A stretch of DNA of 64,000 nt, from assembly GCA_938045545.1 (NCBI GenBank), contig CALIBN010000010.1:46240-110239 (forward strand), given 5' to 3'. This DNA comes from an uncultured archaeon (GTDB lineage Archaea > Thermoproteota > EX4484-205 > JAAOZP01). Positions 10,089-20,619 of this stretch are shown here, in pieces. The notes beneath the pieces were generated by a model, which worked only from the letters and a program-made list of their open reading frames with translations, was not told the origin of the DNA and searched no databases. The translations under genes were made by a program, and so were the position numbers. Each line of letters opens with the position of its first letter. Positions within the stretch are counted from its first letter, which is position 1.

Positions 10089-10350
10089 ATGGTGAACCTG
10101 GAGCTCAGGAAGCGCTTCGTCGATTCGATAGAGCACATTAGGAAGATGGATTTCTTCAAGGACCACTCTAACTTGTCCTCCGTGAAGATCCTCGAAAAGA
10201 TATTCGGGGGGAAATAGACTACGAGTATTGGTGGAAGGAAAAGAGTCCGCGTAAACGAAGGGAGCCAGATTTCTACAAATCCCTACGAGAAAATGATCTG
10301 TATGGACTCATCTTGAGAAAAAGAGTGTATATTCCGAAAGGGGTCTTTGC
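10089..10350 (+). pseudogene. truncated, frameshifted copy 2 of the repeated immunity-like family
   Basis: MVNLELRKRFVDSIEHIRKMDFFKDHSNLSS..., frameshift in G6 tract 10206-10211, continues EIDYEYWW...; ends at GCACGCGCGC. Confidence 0.85.
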
Positions 10351-11710
10351 ACGCGCGCTCCCCCCTCTTCGGGCCTGTAGAGAGACCTGTGGCAGTGCCC
10401 TATTACGCGGATCTCGCTCAGGTCCTTATTCTCTAAAAGTTTCTTCATCATCTCCTTGGGATTCGCATCCATAGGAAGGCCGAGCTCATGGCCGTGGCTA
10501 AACCTTACTACCTTCCAATTCGCTAACTTGACCTTTATCCTTTTCTTCGAGAACCTCCGGAGCATCGTCAGAATCCTTATGGCTTCCACCAATATCGGAT
10601 GCGGGCTATACAGTTGAGGTTCCCACGGTCCCCTCGCAAACGTAAACCTTCTCAGGGTCTTTAAAAACTCGGGAGCGTTTGAATCCGAGCATCCAGACAC
10701 GTACCTCATGCGGGCGCCGAGGTCCTTCAGAAAGTCGAGGAAACTAATGATGTGCGATGCCTTTGGCTTCCCCTCCACGAAGTCGAATACGTCGCCCAAG
10801 AGGACCAGGTGGGTCGGGTGGATCTCCATGAGCCTCCTCAAGCACGGCAGCCAGAGTGATTGGGGGACACCTATGTGTAAATCCCCTACGACCGCTAAGC
10901 AATCATCCTTCTCCAATATCATGTCGTAAACAGGTATCTCATCCAGCTTTCCCTTCTCCGCATACTCTTTGAGCATGACCCAATCGTGCCACGCTATGTC
11001 ATCCGGGTTTTCAGCGATCTGGTTTGGGAACTTAGCTGAGCATGCCTTACAGTTACACTCAATGAGGTCTCTTTCCAGGTCTATGATGCCCACGCCGGAT
11101 GACGTGCCCGCATAAGCATGCCAATTCTTGGCCTCTATTAGCCAAGACATGCCCGCCAGGGAGATTTCAGGGTCTGATTTGTAGAGATCATGCAGGCCTT
11201 TGAGGCCTAAGGCCCCTATCATCAGGGGCTTCGCCCCGATTTCGTATATCTTCACCAGCCCCAGCGAGTAGAGGTCGTCGGCGATTTTAGCCATATCCTC
11301 ATGGACCTCGGCGCCGCGGCTTCTAGCCAGAACGTACTCGGTGGCGTGAAGCCCAACCCTCCTGAAGCCCATTTTCTCCAGCCACTCCGCGTGGAGCGCC
11401 ATCTCTGAAGGGTCTACTCCCTTCAGCAGCGTATCGTTGGTATCCCCTCCTCAACATACTTCATCGTTAGGAGCGTGGCCTCGATCAGATTGGATAAATT
11501 CAAAGCCTTGGAGTACTCGGCGTAAACGGGCATATCCCACCCAATCACCCCATTGAAGTCTCCTTTCTTTGTAAAAGCCCACGGTGAAGTTGAACGTCTC
11601 TTCGGTTAGGAGCCTATCCGGCATTATTGTTGAGAGCAGGATTTGACCATCGAATTCTAGGAAGTTGTGCACTCCTTCCTCTTTAACCCTTTTTATGTTC
11701 TCGCCGTCGC
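10350..11710 (-). pseudogene. TGT/DUF4417-like domain fused to a calcineurin-like metallophosphoesterase (copy A, frameshifted and truncated)
   Basis: CNCKAC...WHD zinc-like motif; MPP motifs GDLHIG, LLGDVFD, SGCSD, SHGH, GHCH; 5' part closely similar to 42250-42590. Confidence 0.7.
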
Positions 11711-12563
11711 CATACTCCAAACGAATATACCGAAATACCAAAACAACATTTTGAAAAACCCTTTTTATACGCATATATTTTTTACTAATGGCCTCATATC
11801 ACTACCCTCTACGATCTAATATTGGAATTGGATTTCTCGGTCTTTATAGAATGCATGCTCAAATCGTTAAAAAAAATAATAATCTTCAAAAAGCATTAAA
11901 ATGTTATCGTTCGCGTTTCTCGGCCCTCCAGTATAGGTATGGAATCCCCTTCTCATAGCAGGGCCAATTCTCGTGCCTCAATTCATAACCCAAACTCACT
12001 ACATCCTTAAGACCCAACTTCCTTCTCAGTAACCTTTTCAATAACCTTCTTGAAAATGAGGATCACAAGGCTCTATTCAAGCGGAGGCGAGCCTTAGATA
12101 AATCATGTACGACTCTAGCATCATGTTCGCCACCAGTTCAACAGCCCTCATGGGGCTCGGAATACCTGCGGAGCTTCTCGGAGCTGTTTTAGCGTGCACG
12201 CTATAAAGCCGTTAGACTTAAAAACTTCGGGTTCAGAATAAAAAAAGAGAAGAGTTGGATAAATGTCCCGTTTGCCATGAGAAGGTAGGAGGTTAGGAAC
12301 AGAAGCTCGAGGATCTCTCCATAATGCTCATCGGCCGTAGTCTGCTAGAGCCATGCATTAATGTCTTACTCTCCTCTCCGGTTTTCTCCTCAGCAATATG
12401 TAGATGGTGTCAAGTATTGCTGGGGATATTAGCCTCTCAACGAGTGTTAGAGGCTTCTCGTCCTAGTATAGCTGGAAGAAGGTATAATGGTCTTTGATAA
12501 AAAAAGGTCGAGAAAACCATGAAACGATGGCCAAATGAAAACTCGCGTAGCAACTAAAGGGAT

Positions 12564-13566
12564 TTAGTGGCTCTTCCACATTTTAGGATATAAGTCTCTG
12601 CTTATCACGACCCTCTCCACGGACACGACTATACCACTTTTAGCCTGCAGAACTTCGTCGGAACTCATCATAAGGGTGCCAAAGCCGACGCACTCACCCT
12701 TCAAAGTTTTTATGCACACAACATCCCCCTTGGAAAGAGGGTGATCTATCTTTGAAACTCCTTTGGAGGCGAGGGGAGCGCCGTGTGCAACAGCCGCCAC
12801 CGCGCTGTCTTTAATATACACTGAGGGAAAGCCTTTGAAAGCGTCTTCAACAGGTTTAACGAGTCTTCTTAGAAGAGTCTCATCACCCTTCTTAGAGTAG
12901 AGCTGCCAGCCAGCGTAGAGCTCTAAAAGAGTTGCCGAAGAATCCTCGTCTAGAAAACCGTCCCTAACCCTTCTGAGTTCAACCATGTGTGCACCCGTGC
13001 CCAGCAGCAGGCCAAGATCATGCAGAAGCTTCCTGATGTACGTGCCCGGCTCGGTGACAACCCTGAAGACGAACCTCCTGTCTGAAACATCCTCCACCGT
13101 AAACCTTACAATAATTCTCCGCCTCAGCGACCTTTTAACGGATGATTTAACCGGTGGACGTTGGTATATTGGGCCAGTCATCTTCTCAACCCATTTCCTT
13201 AAAGCCTTCTCCTCGAATTCCCCGTGTATCTCGCAGACCCCGACATACTCTTTACTCATCATATGCAAGTACTCTATGGTTTTAGTAGCGTCGTTAAGAC
13301 AAACCGGCAGGACACCGGATACGCCGGGATCTCCCCATTGCTTCAAGGGTCCCGGCGTGCCCAGCCTTCTCGGCGTTGAGGATCCTCTTAACGGTTGAAG
13401 ACACGTCGTGGCTCGAGGGCCCCGGAGGCTTATCAAGGTTCACAACCCCCAGCTGCAGAAGCCTGGAGATGCTTCTTTTATCGGGGTGCTCACCGTACTT
13501 CTCGTCGGTTTCACACTCCTCCTTGACAAGCGTCCGGAACCTTACGAAGTCAACAAGCGTCCTCAA
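12564..13566 (-). CDS. cbf5: H/ACA pseudouridine synthase Cbf5, two exons (13566-13344 and 13330-12564)
   Basis: [11 protein letters not shown]...GHAGTL in exon 1; [19 protein letters not shown] domain and YPKMWK in exon 2; removing the intron restores GTLDPGVSG. Confidence 0.95.
13331..13343 (-). other. 13-nt BHB-type mRNA intron in cbf5
   Basis: GGGA-CCCT-TG^A-AGCAAT-GGGG-AG^A-TCCC: outer helix GGGA/TCCC, 4-bp helix CCCT/GGGG, two 3-nt bulges. Confidence 0.9.
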
Positions 13567-13843
13567 ACCTCACGATCTCCCTCATGAATTCTTTCAAGCC
13601 GCTTTTCTCTATGGCCGTCATAACAGTCTCATCCTTAGAGTTCACCCTTATTCTGACGGTTTCAGCAAGGGGCATGAGGTGGAGGATGTTCTTCCTACCC
13701 CTCTTAACACCGTTCAACTCCTTTGGACCAGTTACGATAACACTCGTATCGTCAACGCTGCCTACTATAACGCATTTCTTACCCCTGTCCCTTCCACGGG
13801 TTATCACGCATATTCTTCCTGGCCGCAACACTTCCCTAGGCAT
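13550..13843 (-). CDS. rpl14e: 50S ribosomal protein L14e
   Basis: [36 protein letters not shown]. Confidence 0.95.
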   Translation of the reverse strand: MPREVLRPGRICVITRGRDRGKKCVIVGSVDDTSVIVTGPKELNGVKRGRKNILHLMPLAETVRIRVNSKDETVMTAIEKSGLKEFMREIVRFEDAC

Positions 13844-13850
13844 CTTCCCA

Positions 13851-14414
13851 TCACCATTTCTCCTCCAAATAGGCTGAGACGGCTAACTTAAGTATTCTAC
13901 CGACTGACTCCTGGGAAAGGCTTCCAGTGTCGATAATGATGTCGTAGATGCTTAAATCATCGATGTTAAACCCATAGTACTCGACGAACCTTTTCCTCTC
14001 CGAGTCCTCTCTAGTAAGTGTTTCAGAAACTACTTCTTCAAAGGGTTTTTTCTCTCTGGCAGCAATCCTTCTGCACCTTTCTTCGAAGGGCGCCTTCAAA
14101 TATATTTTGAAGGATTCGACGCCCCTGGCGAACCATCCTGCGAGAAGACTGTCTAGAACGACCCCTCCGGAGTCGAGCAGTGATAAAGTAACGTTGTCTA
14201 TCTCCCTGTCGAAATCAGGGGATTTCTTGCAGAGCTCTGAGAGCTGGGCAAGAGTCAACCCCTTATTCTCAGCTATCGAACGGAAAACCGAGCCCGTTGA
14301 AACATATCTGAGGTTGAACTGCCTCGCAAGCGGAGCTGCGAAAGTCGATTTCCCAACTCCGTGTAGACCCGTTATTATTATTATCGGGTTTCTCGGCCGC
14401 TTCAACCCCGCCAT
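13851..14414 (-). CDS. cmk: cytidylate kinase
   Basis: GLHGVGKST P-loop, FDREID, RFVEYYG..IDDLSIYD; conserved position. Confidence 0.92.
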   Translation of the reverse strand: MAGLKRPRNPIIIITGLHGVGKSTFAAPLARQFNLRYVSTGSVFRSIAENKGLTLAQLSELCKKSPDFDREIDNVTLSLLDSGGVVLDSLLAGWFARGVESFKIYLKAPFEERCRRIAAREKKPFEEVVSETLTREDSERKRFVEYYGFNIDDLSIYDIIIDTGSLSQESVGRILKLAVSAYLEEKW

Positions 14415-14415
14415 C

Positions 14416-14874
14416 TCAGCCACCCACCCCAAATGCTTTCCTGAAGACCTGCAGGAAGAAGGAGAGGGATATGAAGTACCAGAGGCCGTAGTTCAACTGT
14501 ACCTGCTCGTTTCCACCGTATAGCGATGCTGAGAAGCGTCCGGCTACATCCCCCATGGGTAGTGTGAACCATAGAAGGTAGAATGCTGAAAGCATGATGC
14601 CCATGTTCACGAGCATTGTTTTAAGCTGGAATGAGGAGACCTCCTGCTCAACCTGGGACATGTAGACCTTCTGCTTGTCGAGCTTTTTAAGAAGCTTCTG
14701 ATCCTTAAGCCTGGCTGCGGCGGCACGCTCCAACCTGTATGCTTTCAACTCCTCAGTCTTCAACCTCATCCTTTCAGGGTGTAGGATGAATTTCAAAACC
14801 AAGTGGCCTAGGAGCGAGGCGGTTGCTGAGACAAGCGTCACCGTGACAATTCCACTAACAGGCAATCGCATCAT
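14416..14874 (-). CDS. EMC3/TMCO1 (DUF106, Oxa1 superfamily) membrane protein
   Basis: TM, coiled coil, TM layout with WYFISL; downstream of secY. Confidence 0.8.
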   Translation of the reverse strand: MMRLPVSGIVTVTLVSATASLLGHLVLKFILHPERMRLKTEELKAYRLERAAAARLKDQKLLKKLDKQKVYMSQVEQEVSSFQLKTMLVNMGIMLSAFYLLWFTLPMGDVAGRFSASLYGGNEQVQLNYGLWYFISLSFFLQVFRKAFGVGG

Positions 14875-14974
14875 CCTCCGTGGTAAACGAGTTTAAACCA
14901 TTCTTAGCGGGGTGCTCAACACTACGCGTCATGCTAACTCGTCGGAAAACCGGATGTTAAATAAATGTTTCTGG

Positions 14975-16381
14975 CTACTTGCCAAGCACCTTAAGCAGGC
15001 CGGGATGGGTTTCAATAGTCTCCTCCATTATTAACTGGTAGTACTGCTGAATAATGTCCACCGCCAGCAGGACGCCCATGCCCCCGCCTATGACGGCGAG
15101 CACGTCCCCCACGCCGGCGATAAGCCCGATCGTTAAGCCGCCTAGGAGCGCAACCGTGTTTATGTAGGGAGCTATTTTACTCTCGATTACTCCAGGAGTA
15201 GACCTGAATCCTCTTAGGAAAACGTCTGAGTCAACCAGCTGAGATGAAACCGACTTAGCGTCCATGCCTGAAACCGAAAGCCAAACCATCGACAGGCCTA
15301 GGCTTAGAAGGGCGAGCAGAAGCACGTAGCCTACTGCGCGGAGGGGCTCCGCAGCAACATGCGTGATGCCTCTCGGAGGGTTCACCAGCCAGGCTAAGCC
15401 TGAAACAGGAACATACGTGTTGTTAACAACTTCAACCCTGCCTATGAAGTCAGCCACCGGGGTGTTAGCCAGCCAGGTTCCACTCGCAACATTAGCCATC
15501 AGCTGTATGTTTGAGAAGATTGCCGCCGCGAGAATGACTGGAATGTTTGAAACGTAGAGCAGCCTGATGGGGAAGCCTCTGGAGAAGCCTCTGAAACGGC
15601 CGTGGGAAATCGGAACGTTAATCCTAACGTTTTCAAGGTAGACGAGTAGGAGTATGAACATTACGGTTATGATCAGCTGGAAAAGCGTGGGAACCGCGGG
15701 AGCACCCCTGTAGAAAAAGTCGGCGAGAGGGCTTTGAAGAGAGAAAGCCTTTTGAAAGAAGAAGAGCAGGACTCCCCACATGTAGCCGTCGGGCGCTGGA
15801 AGAGGGTTTAAGCAGCCCAGCCATATTTCCTTAGCGACGCCGGCGAGGATGAACAGGCTTATTCCGCTGCCTAGGCCCCAGCCCTTTTGAAGAGTCTCAT
15901 CCAGAAAGAGGAGGAGAATCGAGGCTATTGAAAGCTGCATTACAGCTATGATTTCAGCCTTCAGGCTCAATTTCCCTAGGGACCCGCTGAAAACAGTTGA
16001 GCCCGCTGAGAAAAGGATGATCAACAAGGTAGCCAGCTTCGTCGCTACCTGCAGCATCCTCCTGTCATACTCGGAGCCGGGGTCGAACCTGATCAAGCCG
16101 GAGCCGGCTAAAAGCTGAACTACGAGGCTGCCTGTTACGAGGGGCCCGATGCCAAGGTGGAGGAGCGAGCCCTGCTGCCCTCCTATTATGATCCTGTATG
16201 ATGCCCATGGGTCAGCCCCTTGGGAGACAATCCCGTAGAGAGGAATATAGCCCATAACCAGGTAGAACGCTAGGATAAGCCCTGTCCACATAAGCCGGGT
16301 GGTGAAGCCAACCTTTCTAGTAGGCGCCTCTATCTGGGGGACGTATGGCTCAATACTCTCCATGGCTTCCAGGAAACCCAT
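14975..16381 (-). CDS. secY: protein translocase SecY
   Basis: LGIGPLVTGSLVVQLL, KGWGLGSGISLFILAGV, PIRLLYVSNIPVIL. Confidence 0.97.
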   Translation of the reverse strand: MGFLEAMESIEPYVPQIEAPTRKVGFTTRLMWTGLILAFYLVMGYIPLYGIVSQGADPWASYRIIIGGQQGSLLHLGIGPLVTGSLVVQLLAGSGLIRFDPGSEYDRRMLQVATKLATLLIILFSAGSTVFSGSLGKLSLKAEIIAVMQLSIASILLLFLDETLQKGWGLGSGISLFILAGVAKEIWLGCLNPLPAPDGYMWGVLLFFFQKAFSLQSPLADFFYRGAPAVPTLFQLIITVMFILLLVYLENVRINVPISHGRFRGFSRGFPIRLLYVSNIPVILAAAIFSNIQLMANVASGTWLANTPVADFIGRVEVVNNTYVPVSGLAWLVNPPRGITHVAAEPLRAVGYVLLLALLSLGLSMVWLSVSGMDAKSVSSQLVDSDVFLRGFRSTPGVIESKIAPYINTVALLGGLTIGLIAGVGDVLAVIGGGMGVLLAVDIIQQYYQLIMEETIETHPGLLKVLGK

Positions 16382-16800
16382 TAGGGTTCACCAGGCTTAA
16401 CAATCCTGCCGCCCTTAGCCTCCACCTTCATCCTTGCCTTCTCGCTAAAGGATGCAACCTTAACAACGTAGGCAGTGGAAACACTCCCTGAACCCAGAAG
16501 CTTAGAATAGCCGAGCGCAGCGAGATCAAGCGTTTTCTCACCTTCTGAAGCCTGGCCACGTGTCCTCCTATAGAGTTCATCAAGCTCCCCGACGTTTATC
16601 TTTTCCCCTTCAACCCTTGGAACCCTCCTTATGAAACCCTTCTCCTTCTCCTCCTTGTAGAACATTAGAAACTTGTGCCCCATGCTGCCAGCCCTGCCAA
16701 CGCCGCCTCGCGATCCTGATTTACGATGCTGGCCTATCTGACCCCAGCCGTGGGTCCTGCTTCCCCGCATCTTCCTCACTTTTCTCAACCTGGTCGGCAA
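16381..16800 (-). CDS. rpl15: 50S ribosomal protein L15 (uL15)
   Basis: RGSRTHGWG...GSRGGVGRAG, KLLGSG. Confidence 0.96.
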   Translation of the reverse strand: MPTRLRKVRKMRGSRTHGWGQIGQHRKSGSRGGVGRAGSMGHKFLMFYKEEKEKGFIRRVPRVEGEKINVGELDELYRRTRGQASEGEKTLDLAALGYSKLLGSGSVSTAYVVKVASFSEKARMKVEAKGGRIVKPGEP

Positions 16801-16933
16801 CTTCTCGGCGAGAAGAGCATTCTGGACTTTTTAACCCTTACCGTTGAGCCCAGTGTAAGTTTTAAACCGGTTTTACACCCTTAGTCCAAGTTAATCAACG
16901 GTCTTAAAAGTCTTCCAGCCTGATCAGGCTCAG

Positions 16934-17425
16934 CTATATCATTCTCCGCAGAATCAAGCCTACTCTGTCTCCCCAGTCGCCCAGTATACCGCCCTTCTTA
17001 ACAGGCTTCTTAACACTTCTCTTAAACCCGCCTTTGGGAGGGGTTAGCCTGAAAACAGGCTTAACAGGCTTAATGGCTTCAGTCGGGGAACTGCTCATCC
17101 AGACTGCTTCAATCAGCTCGTCCAGCGTCCCGTATCCGGTGTATTTTGAAACATTCTCGTCGCTTAAACGCCTGTTTCCCGGAAGCCTGCCTCTTTTCAA
17201 GAGCAGTAAGCGAAGCATGTTTTTATCTACCCTTCCCCAGAAAACATAGTCCTTCACCTTTCTCAGCATGCCTTCAACAGGAGGAGTTAGCCTGACCAAC
17301 GTAGACGAGTTCACCCTTAGAAGCCTAAGCTTTCTCAGCGTGGCGGAAACATCCCTAGTAACGTTAACGGACCCCCTTATCCTAACGACTACTGCGAGCG
17401 GCGGAAGCTTTTCCTCAGCCTTCAA
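16934..17425 (-). CDS. rpl30: 50S ribosomal protein L30 (uL30)
   Basis: VRIRG, GMLRKVKDYV, FRLTPPKGGF. Confidence 0.96.
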   Translation of the reverse strand: MKAEEKLPPLAVVVRIRGSVNVTRDVSATLRKLRLLRVNSSTLVRLTPPVEGMLRKVKDYVFWGRVDKNMLRLLLLKRGRLPGNRRLSDENVSKYTGYGTLDELIEAVWMSSSPTEAIKPVKPVFRLTPPKGGFKRSVKKPVKKGGILGDWGDRVGLILRRMI

Positions 17426-18080
17426 CGCGAGCAGCCTCCGAAGCCAGAAAGCTAGTCGTGTAAAGCCTTTTCAGAGCAAGGTAAGCAGCGGTTACGAACG
17501 AGTGACTGGTGGAGGTTGAGCCCTTAGTCTTAGACCAGACATCCCTTATTCCGGCAAGCCTGAAAAGAGGCTTCGCAGCATCGCCAACAACCAGACCGAG
17601 ACCCTTGGGCCCGGGGAAGAGGGCAATATAGACGCTCCCCGTCTTTCCGAATGTTTTAGAAGGTATTGAATGCAGCTCCCCGCATTTACACTCCCATGAA
17701 CCGCATCCCCTCGGCACAGGTATTATGTTAAGCCTAGCCTTTCTAGCAGCCTTCTCAATCGCGTCCCTAACCTGCTTAGCCTTGGCTGAGCCTATGCCGA
17801 CGTGACCATCCTCATCCCCCACGACTACGAGTGCTCTGAAACGAGTCTTCTCACCAGCGTCGCTCTGCTTTTGAACAGGGCTCATCGATATTACTTCCTC
17901 CCTTATCTTGCGTAGCAGAAGGTCTATCGCCTCAGGCTCCCTTATCTTCAGACCCATGTTGAAAACTTCTTCAACAGATGAAACCCTTCCCTCTTTAATC
18001 ATTCTTATTAAAGGAGTTTCGACGGTGATCTCTCTAACTGCTTCCTCAGGCTCCCCTACCTCATCATCAGACATTTGCAA
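17415..18080 (-). CDS. rps5: 30S ribosomal protein S5 (uS5)
   Basis: VQKQSDAGEKTRF, RGCGSWECKC, LAGIRDVW. Confidence 0.97.
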   Translation of the reverse strand: MQMSDDEVGEPEEAVREITVETPLIRMIKEGRVSSVEEVFNMGLKIREPEAIDLLLRKIREEVISMSPVQKQSDAGEKTRFRALVVVGDEDGHVGIGSAKAKQVRDAIEKAARKARLNIIPVPRGCGSWECKCGELHSIPSKTFGKTGSVYIALFPGPKGLGLVVGDAAKPLFRLAGIRDVWSKTKGSTSTSHSFVTAAYLALKRLYTTSFLASEAARVEG

Positions 18081-18642
18081 CAGCCTCCCTCAGCCTTCTT
18101 TTAACCTCCTCCATTATCCTCGGCATCTCCTCCACCTTCAAACCGGCTTCCACATATCTTGAAAAACCTTCTCCACCGGATTCCTTGAAGAAACTGGATA
18201 TGTGTTCCCCGACTATCCTGCTCTTATCCGGGAGCATCGACTGGTCAACCCTCACCTTGAAGCCCGCGTCCAGAAGCCCGCTGCAAGCAGCGTAAATCCT
18301 TCCACCCTTAGTCGGCTTATGGAGCCCAGCGTCCAGAATACCTTCTGAAACGTTTTTCTTCAAGCATCTTAAGCCAGCTAGGTATGCCGTCAAGTAGGCT
18401 GCAGGAGTATTGTTGAAGCTGAAGGGCCAGCTGTATCTTTTAAGCTCTTGGGAGAAGGCTGAAGCAACCACAAGGTCTCCGCTAGGCTTGCTTGAAACAA
18501 TAGCCACGCGCACATGCTTGTTGGAAACCCTTACGACAACCCTTGGTAGGCCAGATCTCAGAAGCCTCGTTCTCAGATAGTAGTCTGTAAGACCCTTCCT
18601 GCGGCGCTTAAACTTAACCCTGTAGGATGCCGACCTAGCCAT
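18067..18642 (-). CDS. rpl18: 50S ribosomal protein L18 (uL18)
   Basis: YRVKFKRRRKGLTDY, NTPAAYLT. Confidence 0.96.
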   Translation of the reverse strand: MARSASYRVKFKRRRKGLTDYYLRTRLLRSGLPRVVVRVSNKHVRVAIVSSKPSGDLVVASAFSQELKRYSWPFSFNNTPAAYLTAYLAGLRCLKKNVSEGILDAGLHKPTKGGRIYAACSGLLDAGFKVRVDQSMLPDKSRIVGEHISSFFKESGGEGFSRYVEAGLKVEEMPRIMEEVKRRLREAVANV

Positions 18643-19073
18643 TAAGCAGCCTCACCCCTCTCCTTAAGCGAAGCAATATAGTTCATCAAAACCCTCCTGC
18701 TTGGGAACGCTCCCCCCTTAACCATCAGGTAGAGCCTCCTGTAGAAGCTTCTTGAAACAACCCCCTTGTCTCGAAGCTGTTTGAGAAGCCTTCGCTGAGC
18801 CCTGACTTTCTCAACCCATGTCACCGTCATCCGAGCACCCTTTGCACCCTTCCTTCTTCCCGGGCCTCTCCTCCCGCTTCTCGCCCTAACCCTCCCCCTG
18901 CTTGGGGTTGAAGGAGGCCTTTCCCTTATAACTCCACTTTTAATAAGCCTCCTGACATCAGCCCTTGTGACAGCATCCTCAACCTCTTCAATCCTAGCCG
19001 GGTCTATCCAGATTCTCGACTCCCCGACCTTCAGGATGTCTGCAGCCAGTCTCCTAACAGTCTTAACGCTCAA
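18642..19073 (-). CDS. rpl19e: 50S ribosomal protein L19e
   Basis: RLAADILKVGESRIWIDP, GPGRRKG, YLMVKGG. Confidence 0.96.
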   Translation of the reverse strand: MSVKTVRRLAADILKVGESRIWIDPARIEEVEDAVTRADVRRLIKSGVIRERPPSTPSRGRVRARSGRRGPGRRKGAKGARMTVTWVEKVRAQRRLLKQLRDKGVVSRSFYRRLYLMVKGGAFPSRRVLMNYIASLKERGEAA

Positions 19074-19076
19074 CCC

Positions 19077-19505
19077 CTAACCCTCCTCAGCCTTCTCGAT
19101 AATCTTCCTCTCGTAGTTCGCAATGACGAAGCCCTTGGAGGAAGCCTCCTTTGCAAGAGCCTCCTTAAGCCTTCTTCCGAGCCTTGAGGAGAAGACCAGT
19201 ATCTTACCCTCAGGAGAGCCTGCTTTCTCCAAGTCGCGTCTGGAGGAGATTAAGACTGGTTTTAGCCCTGAAGGATGAAGGCCCCTCGCCCGCCTTGGCG
19301 TGCCGTAACCGATGCTGACTGTCTTAGGCCAGCCCTTCACGCTAAGCCTCATCTTACTGTCCTTCCCTCTCGGCCTACGCCAGTTTTCACTAAGCCTAGT
19401 ATACCTCCAGCTCTCCTGTCTGACGAACAAGGGCTTTGCATCCTTCCGCTTCCTCCTCGCGTAAAGCAGCTTCTCGGCTTCAGTAGTCATCTTCACTTCC
19501 TCCAT
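19077..19505 (-). CDS. rpl32e: 50S ribosomal protein L32e
   Basis: FVRQESWRY, WRRPRGKDSKMR, GLHPSG. Confidence 0.96.
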   Translation of the reverse strand: MEEVKMTTEAEKLLYARRKRKDAKPLFVRQESWRYTRLSENWRRPRGKDSKMRLSVKGWPKTVSIGYGTPRRARGLHPSGLKPVLISSRRDLEKAGSPEGKILVFSSRLGRRLKEALAKEASSKGFVIANYERKIIEKAEEG

Positions 19506-20062
19506 AATCCTTTCTCAACAATATATATGCCGTCAACGTAGACCCTTGGATCCTTATCCTTAATCTTGGTGGCTAGTTCAAACATCGCTGCAACCTGAGT
19601 TACCTCGTTCTTGTCTAGGCCCGTGACAGTGATGTCTTGACCTGAAACCTGAACGTTAACGTTTGGAAAAGGTATTTTGAAGAGCCTAGGAGACTTCTCA
19701 CCCATGAAATTATGTATGGAAACTGTTCCCGTAAGCTTGTCATACTTAACCGTGACGGGGAAATGAGAGTAGACGATCTTCAGCCTAACGATGTATCCAT
19801 GGAGAACACCTTCAATCATGTTCCTAATCAGTTTCGCAACAGTTCCAACCCTCGCCTTAAACCTCTTACCCTTGTTGACGCTGAAAACGTTAAGAACGTT
19901 TCCCTCTAGAACAAGCTTCAAACCAGTGTGAGAGAAGTCTCTAGAAAGCTTCCCGAGGGGGCCTTCAACAGTCACCGTTGAATACTGGAGGCTTATTTTC
20001 ACACCGTCAGGCACTTCCACGGTTGCGACATGCATAGCCGACTCTACAGCGCTAGTAGACAT
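19493..20062 (-). CDS. rpl6: 50S ribosomal protein L6 (uL6)
   Basis: [23 protein letters not shown]. Confidence 0.96.
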   Translation of the reverse strand: MSTSAVESAMHVATVEVPDGVKISLQYSTVTVEGPLGKLSRDFSHTGLKLVLEGNVLNVFSVNKGKRFKARVGTVAKLIRNMIEGVLHGYIVRLKIVYSHFPVTVKYDKLTGTVSIHNFMGEKSPRLFKIPFPNVNVQVSGQDITVTGLDKNEVTQVAAMFELATKIKDKDPRVYVDGIYIVEKGLWRK

Positions 20063-20444
20063 ACGCGATCAACCTTCCTCCGATCTTCCTGCTCTTAGCC
20101 TCCGAATGCGTCATTAAACCAGAAGGTGTTGAAATGATTAGAAGCCCAACGTTGAAAGCCGGGAGAAACATTTTCTCAAACTTCTCAATATCCCGGTAGG
20201 ATGTGGGGAACCTGGGCTTAATCGCCCTACACTTGTTAATTCTCCCCACAAGCTGGACTCTGAAGAAGCCTGCCTTACCGTCATCTATAAACTCGAACTC
20301 GCCTATGTATCCGGATTGTTGAAGTATCTTTAGCACGTGACCTATAAGGTTTGAAGCAGGGGAGATTATGCACTCCCTCTTCCTGCGTAGGTCAGCGTTT
20401 TGAAGAGCCGTTAACGCGTTTGCCAAAGGATCATTAAGAGTCAT
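20052..20444 (-). CDS. rps8: 30S ribosomal protein S8 (uS8)
   Basis: [28 protein letters not shown]. Confidence 0.97.
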   Translation of the reverse strand: MTLNDPLANALTALQNADLRRKRECIISPASNLIGHVLKILQQSGYIGEFEFIDDGKAGFFRVQLVGRINKCRAIKPRFPTSYRDIEKFEKMFLPAFNVGLLIISTPSGLMTHSEAKSRKIGGRLIAYVY

Positions 20445-20456
20445 TCATGCAGCACC

Positions 20457-20618
20457 CTAATTATACTTCTTGAAGCCCAGCAGCGGAGCAACCTCTCTGA
20501 AGCAATGTCTACAATAGTTCAAGCCGTACTGTCTAATTATAGGCCCATATGAGCCGCACCTCACACAGGGCCTAGAGCCCTTTCCGAATGTCCTCTTCTT
20601 AGGGGTTTGACGAGCCAT
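20457..20618 (-). CDS. rps14: 30S ribosomal protein S14 (uS14)
   Basis: GSRPCVRCG...CRHCFRE..GFKKY. Confidence 0.96.
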   Translation of the reverse strand: MARQTPKKRTFGKGSRPCVRCGSYGPIIRQYGLNYCRHCFREVAPLLGFKKYN

Positions 20619-20619
20619 T

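Noticed and set aside
10206-10211. G6 tract frameshift as phase variation
   Set aside because: The tract is short and the gene is truncated downstream anyway.
14880-14970. Possible C/D box sRNA between secY and DUF106 (also candidates near 9800 and 63795)
   Set aside because: The box sequences are too degenerate and no guide target could be confirmed by eye.
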